Below are positions 1 to 8,835 of a DNA stretch of 64,000 nt, piece after piece (the first letter of the stretch is position 1; each line of letters begins with the position of its first letter). Both the position numbers and the translations under genes were made by a program. This stretch comes from an uncultured Gammaproteobacteria bacterium (lineage in GTDB: Bacteria; Patescibacteriota; Microgenomatia; Levybacterales; UBA12049), in assembly GCA_964491185.1 (NCBI GenBank), contig CAZBFH010000001.1:16739-80738 (forward strand), read 5' to 3'. The notes under the pieces are model-generated. The model did not search any database. It worked only from the letters and a program-made list of their open reading frames with translations, and had not been told where the DNA came from.

Positions 1-1185
1 CTTTCTTGTTCTAATCGCAGTATCTACAACTTTGTATTCATCCCATGGTAAATCACGATTTCCATAAGTCATAGATTTTTCGTGAGCCTTCCCAGTTACA
101 ACAACTAAATCTCCTTTTCCTGCCATCTCAATTGCTGCATTAATCGCATCTTTTCTATCGGCTAATCTAAATACTTTTGCATCTTTTTTCTTAATCCCAC
201 TTGCAATCTCGTCAATAATTTTATCAACATCTTCGCTTCTTGGATCTTCAGCAGTTAATATTAAAATGTCAGCATGCTTTGAAGAGGTTTCTCCCATGAA
301 AGGCCTTTTTGCATGATCCCGCTCCCCAGCTGAACCAAAAACATGAATTATCCTACCACTTGTATGCTCACGTAATGAACCGAGCAATTGCTCGAACGCA
401 TTTGGCGTGTGTGCAAAATCAATTAGAACTGAAAAATCATCCTCATATACAAAGTCCACTCTTCCAAGTGGAAGCTTAAAGGTTTTAATGGCGCTTCTTA
501 TCTCTTCGTGAGTTAAACCTAATGTCTTAGCGACAGCTGCGCCAGCTAGAACATTATATTTATTAAAACTATCAATCATTACACGGGAATCGAACGGAAA
601 GTTATTAAGATTTACATCAGCGCTTTCGGAAAATCCATATGTAATCCAATTTTTATTTTCTTTACTGTTTTTTGCATCCGATAAAAGTGTATAACTCCCA
701 TCATCCCTATTAACTATTGCAATCTTCGCCATTTTTAGAAGCTTTTCTTTTGTATGTAAATAATTATCAAAAGTTTTGTGATAATCTAAATGCTCGCTTG
801 TAATATTTGTTAAAACACCCACCTTAAAAGGTATGCCCCAAGTCCTGTATTGGTCAAGCGCATGAGAGGTTACTTCCAAAACGAAATACTTACTTCCTGA
901 TTGAACAGCCTGTCTAAGAAATTTTTGAAGAGCAAAAGGATTTGGAGTAGTTACATGAAAACCAGTTTCATAATCTTTCTTGCCAACTGATGCACCAATA
1001 CTCGTAAGCATGGACACATTTCTACCACTTGATTTTAGAATGTGATAAATAAGATTTACTGTGGTTGTTTTTCCATCAGTTCCCGTAACTCCAATTACTG
1101 TAAGTTTTCTTCCTGGGAAAATATATGTTAGATTTGCAAAAAAAGCTACTACATGATGGTAAACATTTTTAATTTTTTGAAACAT
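1..1185 (-). CDS. murE: UDP-N-acetylmuramoyl-L-alanyl-D-glutamate--diaminopimelate/lysine ligase (MurE-like). N-terminal part only; the gene continues past the window start.
   Basis: Own translation from ATG at 1185, with an in-frame TAA just upstream. It gives MFQKIKNV...VIGVTGTDGKTTT (Mur ligase P-loop). Further on it gives LEVTSHALDQYR and LTNITSEHLDYH, matching the MurE DHLDYHG region. The gene sits in dcw-cluster context downstream of ftsI and the MurF-like gene. The P-loop is at about residue 32, so the canonical N-terminal domain is missing. Confidence 0.65.
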   Translation of the reverse strand, partial: MFQKIKNVYHHVVAFFANLTYIFPGRKLTVIGVTGTDGKTTTVNLIYHILKSSGRNVSMLTSIGASVGKKDYETGFHVTTPNPFALQKFLRQAVQSGSKYFVLEVTSHALDQYRTWGIPFKVGVLTNITSEHLDYHKTFDNYLHTKEKLLKMAKIAIVNRDDGSYTLLSDAKNSKENKNWITYGFSESADVNLNNFPFDSRVMIDSFNKYNVLAGAAVAKTLGLTHEEIRSAIKTFKLPLGRVDFVYEDDFSVLIDFAHTPNAFEQLLGSLREHTSGRIIHVFGSAGERDHAKRPFMGETSSKHADILILTAEDPRSEDVDKIIDEIASGIKKKDAKVFRLADRKDAINAAIEMAGKGDLVVVTGKAHEKSMTYGNRDLPWDEYKVVDTAIRTRK

Positions 1186-1203
1186 AGTTTAATTATACCC
1201 CAA

Positions 1204-2523
1204 CTACACTCGGCGCATCTTATTCCAAAAGCTTCCTCGTCTCGGTAAAAAATCTTCGTCTCCTTTATTCTTAAGAAGCATTTCCACTGCTCTTTCAAGA
1301 AAAAGCGTATTCTGCGAGCCTTTTACTAAAACTAAATCTCCTTTATGAATTTCTTCTCTAATTACATCCTTAGCCTCTCTGAAAGTTTCAAAACATTTAA
1401 ATTTAAAATTATTTTTTTCTAAAATTGGAGCGACGAATTCGCTCATTAGCGGGCCAATAAGAATTACGAAGTCTAAATTTTTAAGAATTACTTTTGCGAG
1501 ATCCGTATGCTGTATTCTACTTAAAGTTCCAAGCTCTCTCATATCTCCCAAAATTCCTACTGTTCTTCCTTTTTTAATTTCACCAATTATCTCAATTGCA
1601 CCTTTTGCTGCAGCTAAAGAGGAATTATACGAAGAATCTATGATTAGAGCATCCTTTACACCTTCAAATATTGAAAACCTTCCCGGAGGAAGAGAAAAAT
1701 TTTCCTCAATTAATCGTAGTGCTTCATTAATGCTGAATTTACAAATAAACGCTATAGCAACAACTTCCATAAGTGAGTAGGCAAAATACTTAGGCAGAGG
1801 CATTGGAATATTGAGACTATATCGATCTTTTAGAAAGATAAAATTAATTGTAAAATTTTTCTCAGACACCTGAATACTAGAAATATAAAAGTCTGCATTT
1901 TTATCATTTGCTGAAATCGTAACTGTTTTGGACTTTAGAGGAAGAAGGTTTCTTATCTGATTGTCATCAAGATTTACTACCGAAGTACCATTCGCATCAA
2001 TTGCCTTAAGGAGTCTTCCTTCTTCCTTAGCGGTAAGATTCAAAATTTGCTCTCTCCTTTTTATATCATCCTCTTCATTTATTAAGTTATCAAAGTTAAG
2101 ACTATGCTCGATATCTATATTTGTCAAAACTCCAACATTTGGCGTAACGATAGAAAGAAGATATTCCATATTTTTCGGAGGTTTTGGACTATCAATTCCC
2201 ATTTCTAAAACCAAAAACTCATATTTCCTGCTGTTTGTTAAAATTTTAAAAGGTGCAAAAAGTAAAACCTTAAACCATTCCTTGAGGGTATAATTTACAA
2301 CATCAATATCAAGAATATTTAATGGGATCCCTGTCTCGCTATTTTTCCCTTTTCCTTCTTTAATATTAAATTTCGATCCCAAAACTTTTCCAACTAAAAA
2401 AGCTGTTGAAGATTTTCCACTCGCTCCTCCAATCCCAATTACAACAGGATTTATTTTCTTAAGTTGAATCTTTGCAAAATACCGAATATAAGACAAATAA
2501 AATTTTATTAATAAATTCCTCAT
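1204..2523 (-). CDS. murF: Mur ligase, MurF-like (UDP-MurNAc-tripeptide--D-Ala-D-Ala ligase) with a short N-terminus
   Basis: 439 aa. P-loop VVIGIGGASGKSSTA at about residue 30. C-terminal GILGDMRELG...LVKGSQNTLFLERAVEML resembles MurF (vLGDMaELG...LVKGSRS..mEevV). In-frame TAA two codons upstream of the ATG bounds the start. Lies directly downstream of ftsI. Confidence 0.6.
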   Translation of the reverse strand: MRNLLIKFYLSYIRYFAKIQLKKINPVVIGIGGASGKSSTAFLVGKVLGSKFNIKEGKGKNSETGIPLNILDIDVVNYTLKEWFKVLLFAPFKILTNSRKYEFLVLEMGIDSPKPPKNMEYLLSIVTPNVGVLTNIDIEHSLNFDNLINEEDDIKRREQILNLTAKEEGRLLKAIDANGTSVVNLDDNQIRNLLPLKSKTVTISANDKNADFYISSIQVSEKNFTINFIFLKDRYSLNIPMPLPKYFAYSLMEVVAIAFICKFSINEALRLIEENFSLPPGRFSIFEGVKDALIIDSSYNSSLAAAKGAIEIIGEIKKGRTVGILGDMRELGTLSRIQHTDLAKVILKNLDFVILIGPLMSEFVAPILEKNNFKFKCFETFREAKDVIREEIHKGDLVLVKGSQNTLFLERAVEMLLKNKGDEDFLPRRGSFWNKMRRV

Positions 2524-2535
2524 ATCTTAGTTAAC

Positions 2536-4218
2536 CTATTCGTCGGGAGCTATTCCATAATAAGTAAAAAGTTCTTTTGCAATCCCAAAGAATATTGGTG
2601 CAGCTGTCTCTGCACCGTAGATTCTAGCAGTTGGCCTGTCTAAAATCACTAACATAATGAATTTAGGATCATTTGCAGGCGCAAATCCTATAAATGAAGC
2701 TATAGTTTTGTTTGGGTCATATTTTCCCTCAACTGGGATAGAGGCGGTTCCAGTTTTTCCTGCTACTTTATACCCATCTATTTTTGCCCATTTAGCTTCT
2801 CCTTTATCAACTGCATTCACTAAAACCTGCGTCATCACTTTTGCTGTAGCTGGGCTAATAGGTTTTCCAATTTCCTTAGGTGGAATTTTGGTTACCTCTC
2901 CATGAACATCAGTAACAGAAGAAACAATATGTGGCTCCATCATGATTCCATTATTAGCTATGGACGAAAAAGCTGTTAAAAGTTCAATTGGAGTAATCGA
3001 GATTCCTTGTCCAAAACCAGTAGTTGCAAGATCTACTGCATACCAATTCTCTTTAGCTTTAATATCAGAAACTACTTCTCCCTGCAAGTCAATCCCAGTA
3101 AGTTTTCCTATTCCAAAGCGATCTAAATATTTCAACATTCGATCCAGGCCTAACTTTTGAGCCGTATAGACCATTCCAGTATTATCGGAATGCTGAATTA
3201 CTTCAAGCATAGTCGCATTTTCATAATATTCATCATTCCATGTATGAAGATCGTATCCGCCTACTGAAACTGGACCCGAGCAGATCGGACATTTACTTTG
3301 AGGTGTTAATAGTTTTTCATTAAAAGCAGCTGACATAACAAGAGGCTTAAAGGTAGAGCCAGGCTCATATAGATTTGTGACAAATGTATTCTTATATAAA
3401 TCACTTGAATATTCGCCGTATTTTGCAGGATCATACGTAGGAAAATTTGCCATCGTAATTATAGCACCCGTCGCTGGATCCATAATTCCCACCATTCCAC
3501 CTGCTGCTCCATATCTTTCAATTCCCTCCTTAAGCTTTTTTTCTGCCAGAAATTGTATTGAGCGATTAATATGAAGGTTTAAACTGCTCCCGTCAGTTCC
3601 AAAGGATTTCTCATTATCTACTCTTGCTAAAATTGGCCTACCTATAGCGTCGTGTATTTGAATCGCAGATCCATTTTTTCCCCTTAAAAGCCTATCATAG
3701 TATCCTTCAATTCCAGAATAACCTTTACTGCTGCCATTATCATCTTTTCCAACAAAACCTAAAAGATTTGCTGCCATTGAAGCCTCAGGATAAAATCTTT
3801 CAAATTGTTTTTCAAACCCAAGACCTAATATTTTTTCTTTTTCTATCTGCGCCCGAACCTGAGGATCGATTCCATGGGCAATTGGCACCCAAAAAAGATC
3901 TTGATCCAGCTGTGCACTGATTGATGCTTCATCAATTCCTAAACTCTGGGATAAAAATCTTGAAACTTGAGTTTTATTTTTTACTTCTTTGGGATTTGCA
4001 TATAAAAGATAGGTAATTTTATTCGCTGCAATAGGAAATCCATCAGAAGTCATAATTTCACCCCTTACGGGTTCAATTTTTATAGATTGCCCATACTGGA
4101 TTTGACCTAACTCAGATAGAGCTTCAGCCTTAACAACTTGCCAGTAGAAAAGACGAAGCAAAATAACCCCGAAAATTAAAGTAAAGAAAAGTAGAACTGT
4201 ACGATATCTTAAAATCAT
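2536..4218 (-). CDS. ftsI: Penicillin-binding protein transpeptidase (FtsI/PBP2-class)
   Basis: 560 aa. N-terminal TM helix. SxxK motif in PGSTFKPL, SxN in HSDNTG, KTGT in AGKTGTA. Position ftsL-ftsI-mur in the dcw cluster. Confidence 0.88.
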   Translation of the reverse strand: MILRYRTVLLFFTLIFGVILLRLFYWQVVKAEALSELGQIQYGQSIKIEPVRGEIMTSDGFPIAANKITYLLYANPKEVKNKTQVSRFLSQSLGIDEASISAQLDQDLFWVPIAHGIDPQVRAQIEKEKILGLGFEKQFERFYPEASMAANLLGFVGKDDNGSSKGYSGIEGYYDRLLRGKNGSAIQIHDAIGRPILARVDNEKSFGTDGSSLNLHINRSIQFLAEKKLKEGIERYGAAGGMVGIMDPATGAIITMANFPTYDPAKYGEYSSDLYKNTFVTNLYEPGSTFKPLVMSAAFNEKLLTPQSKCPICSGPVSVGGYDLHTWNDEYYENATMLEVIQHSDNTGMVYTAQKLGLDRMLKYLDRFGIGKLTGIDLQGEVVSDIKAKENWYAVDLATTGFGQGISITPIELLTAFSSIANNGIMMEPHIVSSVTDVHGEVTKIPPKEIGKPISPATAKVMTQVLVNAVDKGEAKWAKIDGYKVAGKTGTASIPVEGKYDPNKTIASFIGFAPANDPKFIMLVILDRPTARIYGAETAAPIFFGIAKELFTYYGIAPDE

Positions 4219-4499
4219 CTAAGAGATGCGATTGGCTTAGCCTTTGTTAGGGCAAAATTTGACTTACTGTCAACAAAGCCGATTCGCGCAGCTTCTGAAG
4301 CAACATGAGTTAGGGAGCTTAAGGAATAAATTTTTTCTCTTAAAATAACATTCTCAGTCCTAACCCTCACTAGCTCATCTTGAGTTTTTCCAAGAGCAAC
4401 TCCTTTTGTTGAAATTTTATTAGAAATTGCAGTTCGAGTTATAAATAGTCCTACAATTACTAATATTAAAATGGCTAAAACAAATATTGGTTTTTTCAT
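4215..4499 (-). CDS. ftsL: Cell division protein FtsL-like (septum formation initiator)
   Basis: 94 aa, single N-terminal TM helix then a coiled-coil-like segment. Lies between rsmH and ftsI with 4-nt overlaps on both sides. Confidence 0.5.
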   Translation of the reverse strand: MKKPIFVLAILILVIVGLFITRTAISNKISTKGVALGKTQDELVRVRTENVILREKIYSLSSLTHVASEAARIGFVDSKSNFALTKAKPIASLR

Positions 4500-5374
4500 A
4501 ACTTTTCAAATATCCTAAGCTTTGCGCTTTTACTCCTGCCATTTTCTTTAATTTCCTCTTGTGTTGGTAATATCGGTTTATCTGTTAAAATTTTCCCAAG
4601 TTTTTTTGCTTGAAATTCCAGGAATGCTCTTTTCACTATCCTGTCTTCCAGGGAGTGAAATGTGATTATCGCAATTCTTCCCTCATTCTCAAGTAAATCT
4701 AATGCCTTAGGAAGTGCTTCTTTTAAGCTTCCTAATTCGTCGTTAACCGCTATTCTTAATGCTTGAAATACTCTTTTTCCTGATGTTGCTCTTGCAAAGT
4801 CATTTACTGTCTTGAATCCATAAGCTGTTGCTAAGGTTAACGTTAAGTCGTCTGTAGTTTTAAATGGCGCTATCTTTCTTCTCTTAATAATTAAATCCGA
4901 AACTCTATTTGCATTTGTTTCTTCACCAAAATTTTTAAATAATTCTATGAGCTCACTTTTACCTAAGGCATTTACTAGATCGCTAGCCTTAACAGTTAAA
5001 TCTTTATCCATCCTCATGTCTAAGGGTCCAGGTAAAATGTATGAAAATCCCCTCTCCGGCGTATCAATCTGGTGTGAAGAAATTCCTAAATCAAAAAGAA
5101 TTCCCCATACCTTCTCAAATCCGTGTGCCCGAGCTACTGTGTCAATATTCCTGAAATTTCCCTTAGCGAGAATCAAGTTTTTACTATCAAGTCTAGCTTT
5201 AACAAAAGAGAGTGCTTCATCGTCCTGATCAATTCCCAGAACTACTCCACCACGGTTTAATAACTCTTCAGTGTGTCCACCGCCACCAAGAGTCGCATCA
5301 ATATATTTTCGACCCTTAGCAACATTCAATGCATTAATACCTTCATTTAAAAGTACAGATTTATGATATTTCAT
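4496..5374 (-). CDS. rsmH: 16S rRNA (cytosine1402-N4)-methyltransferase RsmH (MraW)
   Basis: 292 aa. GGGGHTEELL SAM-binding motif, FDLGISSHQ, IAIITFHSLEDR. Follows mraZ. Confidence 0.9.
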   Translation of the reverse strand: MKYHKSVLLNEGINALNVAKGRKYIDATLGGGGHTEELLNRGGVVLGIDQDDEALSFVKARLDSKNLILAKGNFRNIDTVARAHGFEKVWGILFDLGISSHQIDTPERGFSYILPGPLDMRMDKDLTVKASDLVNALGKSELIELFKNFGEETNANRVSDLIIKRRKIAPFKTTDDLTLTLATAYGFKTVNDFARATSGKRVFQALRIAVNDELGSLKEALPKALDLLENEGRIAIITFHSLEDRIVKRAFLEFQAKKLGKILTDKPILPTQEEIKENGRSKSAKLRIFEKL

Positions 5375-5798
5375 TGTTTTTTGTTATTTTTTCAGTAATT
5401 GGTTCGATTTTTTTAATTAATTCTAAATTATGTTGTTCCCAACGCTTTTTGTCCCAAATTTGCACATATCTAATTACTCCCAAAATACTTACTTCATCAC
5501 TCAAGCTCGCATATTCTCTTAAATAGGCAGGAATTATAAACCTTCCCTTGTCATCTAGTCCAACTTCCGAAGCATTACCCAAAAGAAATCTTTCTATCTC
5601 TCGTGCGTTTTTATCAATAATTGGTTTTCCTCTTGTTCCTTCGAGAAGAAGTTCAAATTTACTAACCGATATAACTATCAAAGAGCCTTCAAATCCTTGA
5701 GTAACAATTAAATTGTCACCCAGTTCACGTCGAAATTTAGCTGGTAATATAATTCTGTTTTTCTCATCAATTTTAGTATCTTGCCTGCCTATCAACAT
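5361..5798 (-). CDS. mraZ: Transcriptional regulator MraZ
   Basis: 145 aa with two MraZ half-domains (DEKNRIILPAKFR and DDKGRFIIPAYLR). First gene of the dcw cluster. Confidence 0.85.
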   Translation of the reverse strand: MLIGRQDTKIDEKNRIILPAKFRRELGDNLIVTQGFEGSLIVISVSKFELLLEGTRGKPIIDKNAREIERFLLGNASEVGLDDKGRFIIPAYLREYASLSDEVSILGVIRYVQIWDKKRWEQHNLELIKKIEPITEKITKNNEIS

Positions 5799-5852
5799 AT
5801 TTACCCCGCAGTTGGCGCGGGCTGCCTGATTGGATCAATGTGGATCAATTGT

Positions 5853-5870
5853 CCCACTTTTTCCCACTTT
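5853..5870 (-). promoter_or_regulatory. Putative MraZ operator: two direct AAAGTGGG repeats at 10-bp spacing (minus-strand sense) upstream of mraZ
   Basis: Plus strand reads cccacttt at 5853-5860 and 5863-5870, 55-72 bp upstream of the mraZ ATG (5798). A third copy lies in opposite orientation at 5961-5968. A consensus -35 TTGACA (minus strand, plus coords 5907-5912) lies just upstream. Confidence 0.45.
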
Positions 5871-5992
5871 GAACCATAAACATATTGTGCTCAATTCCGT
5901 GAAAAGTGTCAAGAGGCATTTCACGAAAATAGTGTGATTTAACAATCAAAAACACTACATAAAGTGGGCTTATAAGAATTTACCAGGAAGCT

Positions 5993-6361
5993 CTAAAGAC
6001 CAGCTTCAGACGGAGGCAAAGGATTTGCTCTATTGTAAATTTCTTCAGCTTCTTCCAGCGTTAAGCCCCATTGCTGTCTACCAGGGCCTAAGTATTGACC
6101 TTGACTGTTTTCTAAGCCCCATAAACCTTCGCCTTGATAAACTAATGATGTATCTTTAGGAACCACAAAACAAATTACTCGACTTTCCTCTTCCATAGGT
6201 TTGCCGACTTGATAAGGCATAAACACAAGCTCACTTCCATCTCTCACTAAATTGTCGATTACACTTGGCCATCTTAAATCAGCAGGTGCGGCAATTTTAA
6301 TTTCTTCTGGACGATTTTCAACCATAACGAAACTTATATCACGGGTTTTCAAAAATGTCAA
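5993..6361 (-). CDS. Hypothetical protein (GC-richer than neighbours)
   Basis: 122-aa ORF with no recognisable motif. Separated by 16 nt from the upstream ORF, suggesting co-transcription. Confidence 0.4.
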   Translation of the reverse strand: MTFLKTRDISFVMVENRPEEIKIAAPADLRWPSVIDNLVRDGSELVFMPYQVGKPMEEESRVICFVVPKDTSLVYQGEGLWGLENSQGQYLGPGRQQWGLTLEEAEEIYNRANPLPPSEAGL

Positions 6362-6377
6362 ACTAAAACGAGGCTAA

Positions 6378-6854
6378 TTAAAGTTTTACGATTTTTTGGA
6401 CTTGGTACTCTTTTCCATCTTTCTTAGTGACTTTTAAGTTAATTGTGATATCTGAGGTTACATTATCATAACGGCATTTTCCAGCTGAACAAGTTCCAAA
6501 TTCTCTATAGTTGGTGTCTGTTCGTCCGTCTTTTCCGATTTCCATAATTCCGAAAATTCCTTCATTCGCAGTCTCACCCTCAACCTCTTTCTCATATTCA
6601 ATCGTATATTCAACTAATTCTATGTCCGAAGCTTTTGTGAGATCAAACATAAGAGCTTTATTGTCAGGCCTTATGGTTACTTCCATTCCTATATCTTCGG
6701 GGGTGAGAGTAGGCAAATCTGACTCTGTTATTTCATCAGATGGACGCTCCGAAGAAGAACCTTGCCTAGACCAGAGAAATACTCCTCCTACAACAGCAAG
6801 TATTAAAAATACAGCTACCGCTGCAATTAACTTTTTATTTTTTAATTGATTCAC
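6378..6854 (-). CDS. Hypothetical secreted/membrane-anchored protein
   Basis: 158 aa with an N-terminal hydrophobic helix (LIAAVAVFLILAVVGGVFLW). TTGACA -35 candidate at 6886-6891 (minus strand). Confidence 0.5.
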   Translation of the reverse strand: MNQLKNKKLIAAVAVFLILAVVGGVFLWSRQGSSSERPSDEITESDLPTLTPEDIGMEVTIRPDNKALMFDLTKASDIELVEYTIEYEKEVEGETANEGIFGIMEIGKDGRTDTNYREFGTCSAGKCRYDNVTSDITINLKVTKKDGKEYQVQKIVKL

Positions 6855-6903
6855 TAGATCTAGAATAAACGAAAAAACGACTTAATGTCAAGGATTCCTA
6901 ATC

Positions 6904-6936
6904 TTAGCCTCGCAAGGCCTGGCCTTGCGAGGCTAA
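6904..6936. repeat. Perfect 16-bp-arm palindrome (TTAGCCTCGCAAGGCC t GGCCTTGCGAGGCTAA). REP-like element and possible bidirectional terminator hairpin.
   Basis: Read directly: 6904-6919 is the exact reverse complement of 6921-6936. Lies in the 3' intergenic region after the gene ending at 6955. No U-tract immediately follows on either strand. Confidence 0.55.
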
Positions 6937-6954
6937 ATCCCAAACCATCTCTTG

Positions 6955-7398
6955 TTAAGCAATTTTAGCTACAGGAGGAAAAATGTCTGGAAATGCATTG
7001 GGAATTTCTCGAAGCGCTTCTTCTCCCCTAATTGGCTCATCTTTCCCTTCCATCATGAGCTCAATATCTGCAATCTTTATATCTGGATTTAATGTGGATC
7101 TAGAAATTTGCATAAATAAACTACTTGATCCTTCTTTAAGAGCAACAGCGTCAATTGGAATTATACCCGCGCGTTCGCGAATATCTCCAGAATAACCATA
7201 ACTTTTATTTTTGTGGTCAAAGAAAATTAAAGATGGATAAGGCTCACCTGTATTAACTCCATGCAAAGCATGTGCCGTGATTTGCCCTTGCGCTTCTGGA
7301 ATCATTTCAAGCCTGCTTCCTAATAACTCAATAGCCTCTTCTACCTTCTCAGGAAATGTTAATTGGGGTTTTTCTGCTACCGCAGTGCTTTCAGCCAT
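6955..7398 (-). CDS. Hypothetical protein
   Basis: 147-aa ORF. Its stop overlaps the glyS region, and the ORF starts where glyS ends (7398). Confidence 0.45.
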   Translation of the reverse strand: MAESTAVAEKPQLTFPEKVEEAIELLGSRLEMIPEAQGQITAHALHGVNTGEPYPSLIFFDHKNKSYGYSGDIRERAGIIPIDAVALKEGSSSLFMQISRSTLNPDIKIADIELMMEGKDEPIRGEEALREIPNAFPDIFPPVAKIA

Positions 7399-8780
7399 TA
7401 CTTTATTTTATCAACTATAAAATCATGAAGCTTACTTATTTCAATTCTTTCCTGAGTAGCGCTGTCACGGTCTCTGATGGTCACGGTATCATTTTCAAGG
7501 GTTTCAAAATCCACAGTTATACAATAAGGAGTTCCTGCTTCATCCTGAGAAAGATACCGCTTTCCGATATTTCCTCTATCATCCCAAGATACATTAAAGT
7601 CTTTCTTCAAACTATCATATACGCCACGAGCCTTCTCTACTAGCTCTGGCTTGTTTGCTAAAAGAGGAAATATCGCAGCCTTAAACGGAGCTATTTTTGG
7701 AGAAATTTTCAGTAAGGTTCTCCCGTCAATTTCAGAATATGAATCAACCAAAACCATAAGAAGAAGCCTATTTAAACCTACCGCAGGCTCGATAACATGG
7801 GGCATAATTTTTTCATTTGTATTTGGATCCATAATAGTTAGATCTTTTTTAGAAACATCTGAGTGCTTCGCAAGATCATAATCTGTTCTATAAGCTAAAC
7901 CCCACAACTCCTTAAATCCAAAAGGAAATTTATATTCCAAGTCTTCAGTTCTCTTGCTGTAAAAAGATCTTTCTTTCTCATCATGCTCTCTCCATCTAAG
8001 ATTTTCCTCTCGTATTCCTAAATCCTTAAGCACAAATTCAAATACTCTCTCTTTCCATTCATTAAAAAGTTCCTCCCAATTTGATCTATTAGGATCAAAG
8101 AAATATTCAATTTCACCTTGTTCGAATTCAATTGTTCTAAATATGGAGTTTCCTGGAGTTATTTCATTCCTAAAGCTTTTTCCGATCTGTCCAATTCCGA
8201 AAGGAAGTCTAACACGAGTGGAGTCGACAACATTCTTAAAGTTAATAAATATTCCTTGTGCTGTTTCTCCTCTTAAATATGCTTGCCCTTGTTCTCCTTC
8301 TACAATTCCAAGCTGGATAGGGAAAAGTAAATTAAAATTTCGAACAGCGGTCCAATCTCTTTTACCGCAAACAGGGCAAGAGATTTCATTTTCGTTAACT
8401 AAATGCGAATATTCAGGCGGAGTCAAACCCTCGACTGATTTCTTCTCACCTTTTTTCTCAAAATATCCCTCAATAAGATGATCCGCACGCATTCTAGCTT
8501 TACAATTCTTGCAATCTATCATAGCGTCAGCGAAGCTTGCCGTGTGCCCTGAAGCCTCCCAAACCTTATGATGAGAGATAATACTTGAGTCGAGCCCTAC
8601 CATGTCAGATTGGTTTTGAATGAAAAACTTCCACCAAAGATTTCTTAGATTTCTTAAAAGTTCTGTTCCAAGCGGACCGTAATCATAGCTATTTGCAAGA
8701 CCTCCATAAATTTCAGATCCTGGATAGATAAATCCACGTCTTTTAGAAAGCGAGATAACTTTTTCCATTAACCCATCCAT
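7398..8780 (-). CDS. glyS: Glycine--tRNA ligase, class II alpha2 (archaeal/eukaryote-like) type
   Basis: 460 aa. Motif-2 region FRNEITPGNSIFRTIEFEQGEIEYF and a C-terminal anticodon-binding region. Length and motifs fit GlyRS. Confidence 0.88.
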   Translation of the reverse strand: MDGLMEKVISLSKRRGFIYPGSEIYGGLANSYDYGPLGTELLRNLRNLWWKFFIQNQSDMVGLDSSIISHHKVWEASGHTASFADAMIDCKNCKARMRADHLIEGYFEKKGEKKSVEGLTPPEYSHLVNENEISCPVCGKRDWTAVRNFNLLFPIQLGIVEGEQGQAYLRGETAQGIFINFKNVVDSTRVRLPFGIGQIGKSFRNEITPGNSIFRTIEFEQGEIEYFFDPNRSNWEELFNEWKERVFEFVLKDLGIREENLRWREHDEKERSFYSKRTEDLEYKFPFGFKELWGLAYRTDYDLAKHSDVSKKDLTIMDPNTNEKIMPHVIEPAVGLNRLLLMVLVDSYSEIDGRTLLKISPKIAPFKAAIFPLLANKPELVEKARGVYDSLKKDFNVSWDDRGNIGKRYLSQDEAGTPYCITVDFETLENDTVTIRDRDSATQERIEISKLHDFIVDKIK

Positions 8781-8835
8781 AACGCAATGATAGCAAAATA
8801 GCTACAAATGAACAATGATTTAAAAAATAAGAAGA

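Noticed and set aside
2657-3574. Plus-strand ORFs of 60-125 aa inside ftsI and elsewhere (2657-2905, 2942-3160, 3377-3574, 4947-5228, 6511-6849 and similar in the ORF track)
   Set aside because: They lie antisense to strongly supported genes, have low-complexity or hydrophobic translations typical of shadow ORFs, and have no start context. Treated as non-coding.
5800-5992. GC-richer 190-bp gap upstream of mraZ as a possible tRNA or small RNA gene
   Set aside because: No T-loop (GGTTCGA.TCC) or cloverleaf-compatible arrangement could be read. The repeats are better explained as promoter/operator elements.
6904-6936. Calling the 16-bp palindrome a canonical rho-independent terminator
   Set aside because: No U-tract follows the stem within a few nucleotides on either strand (the T6 run is about 25 nt away). 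Recorded as a REP-like hairpin or possible terminator rather than a confident terminator.
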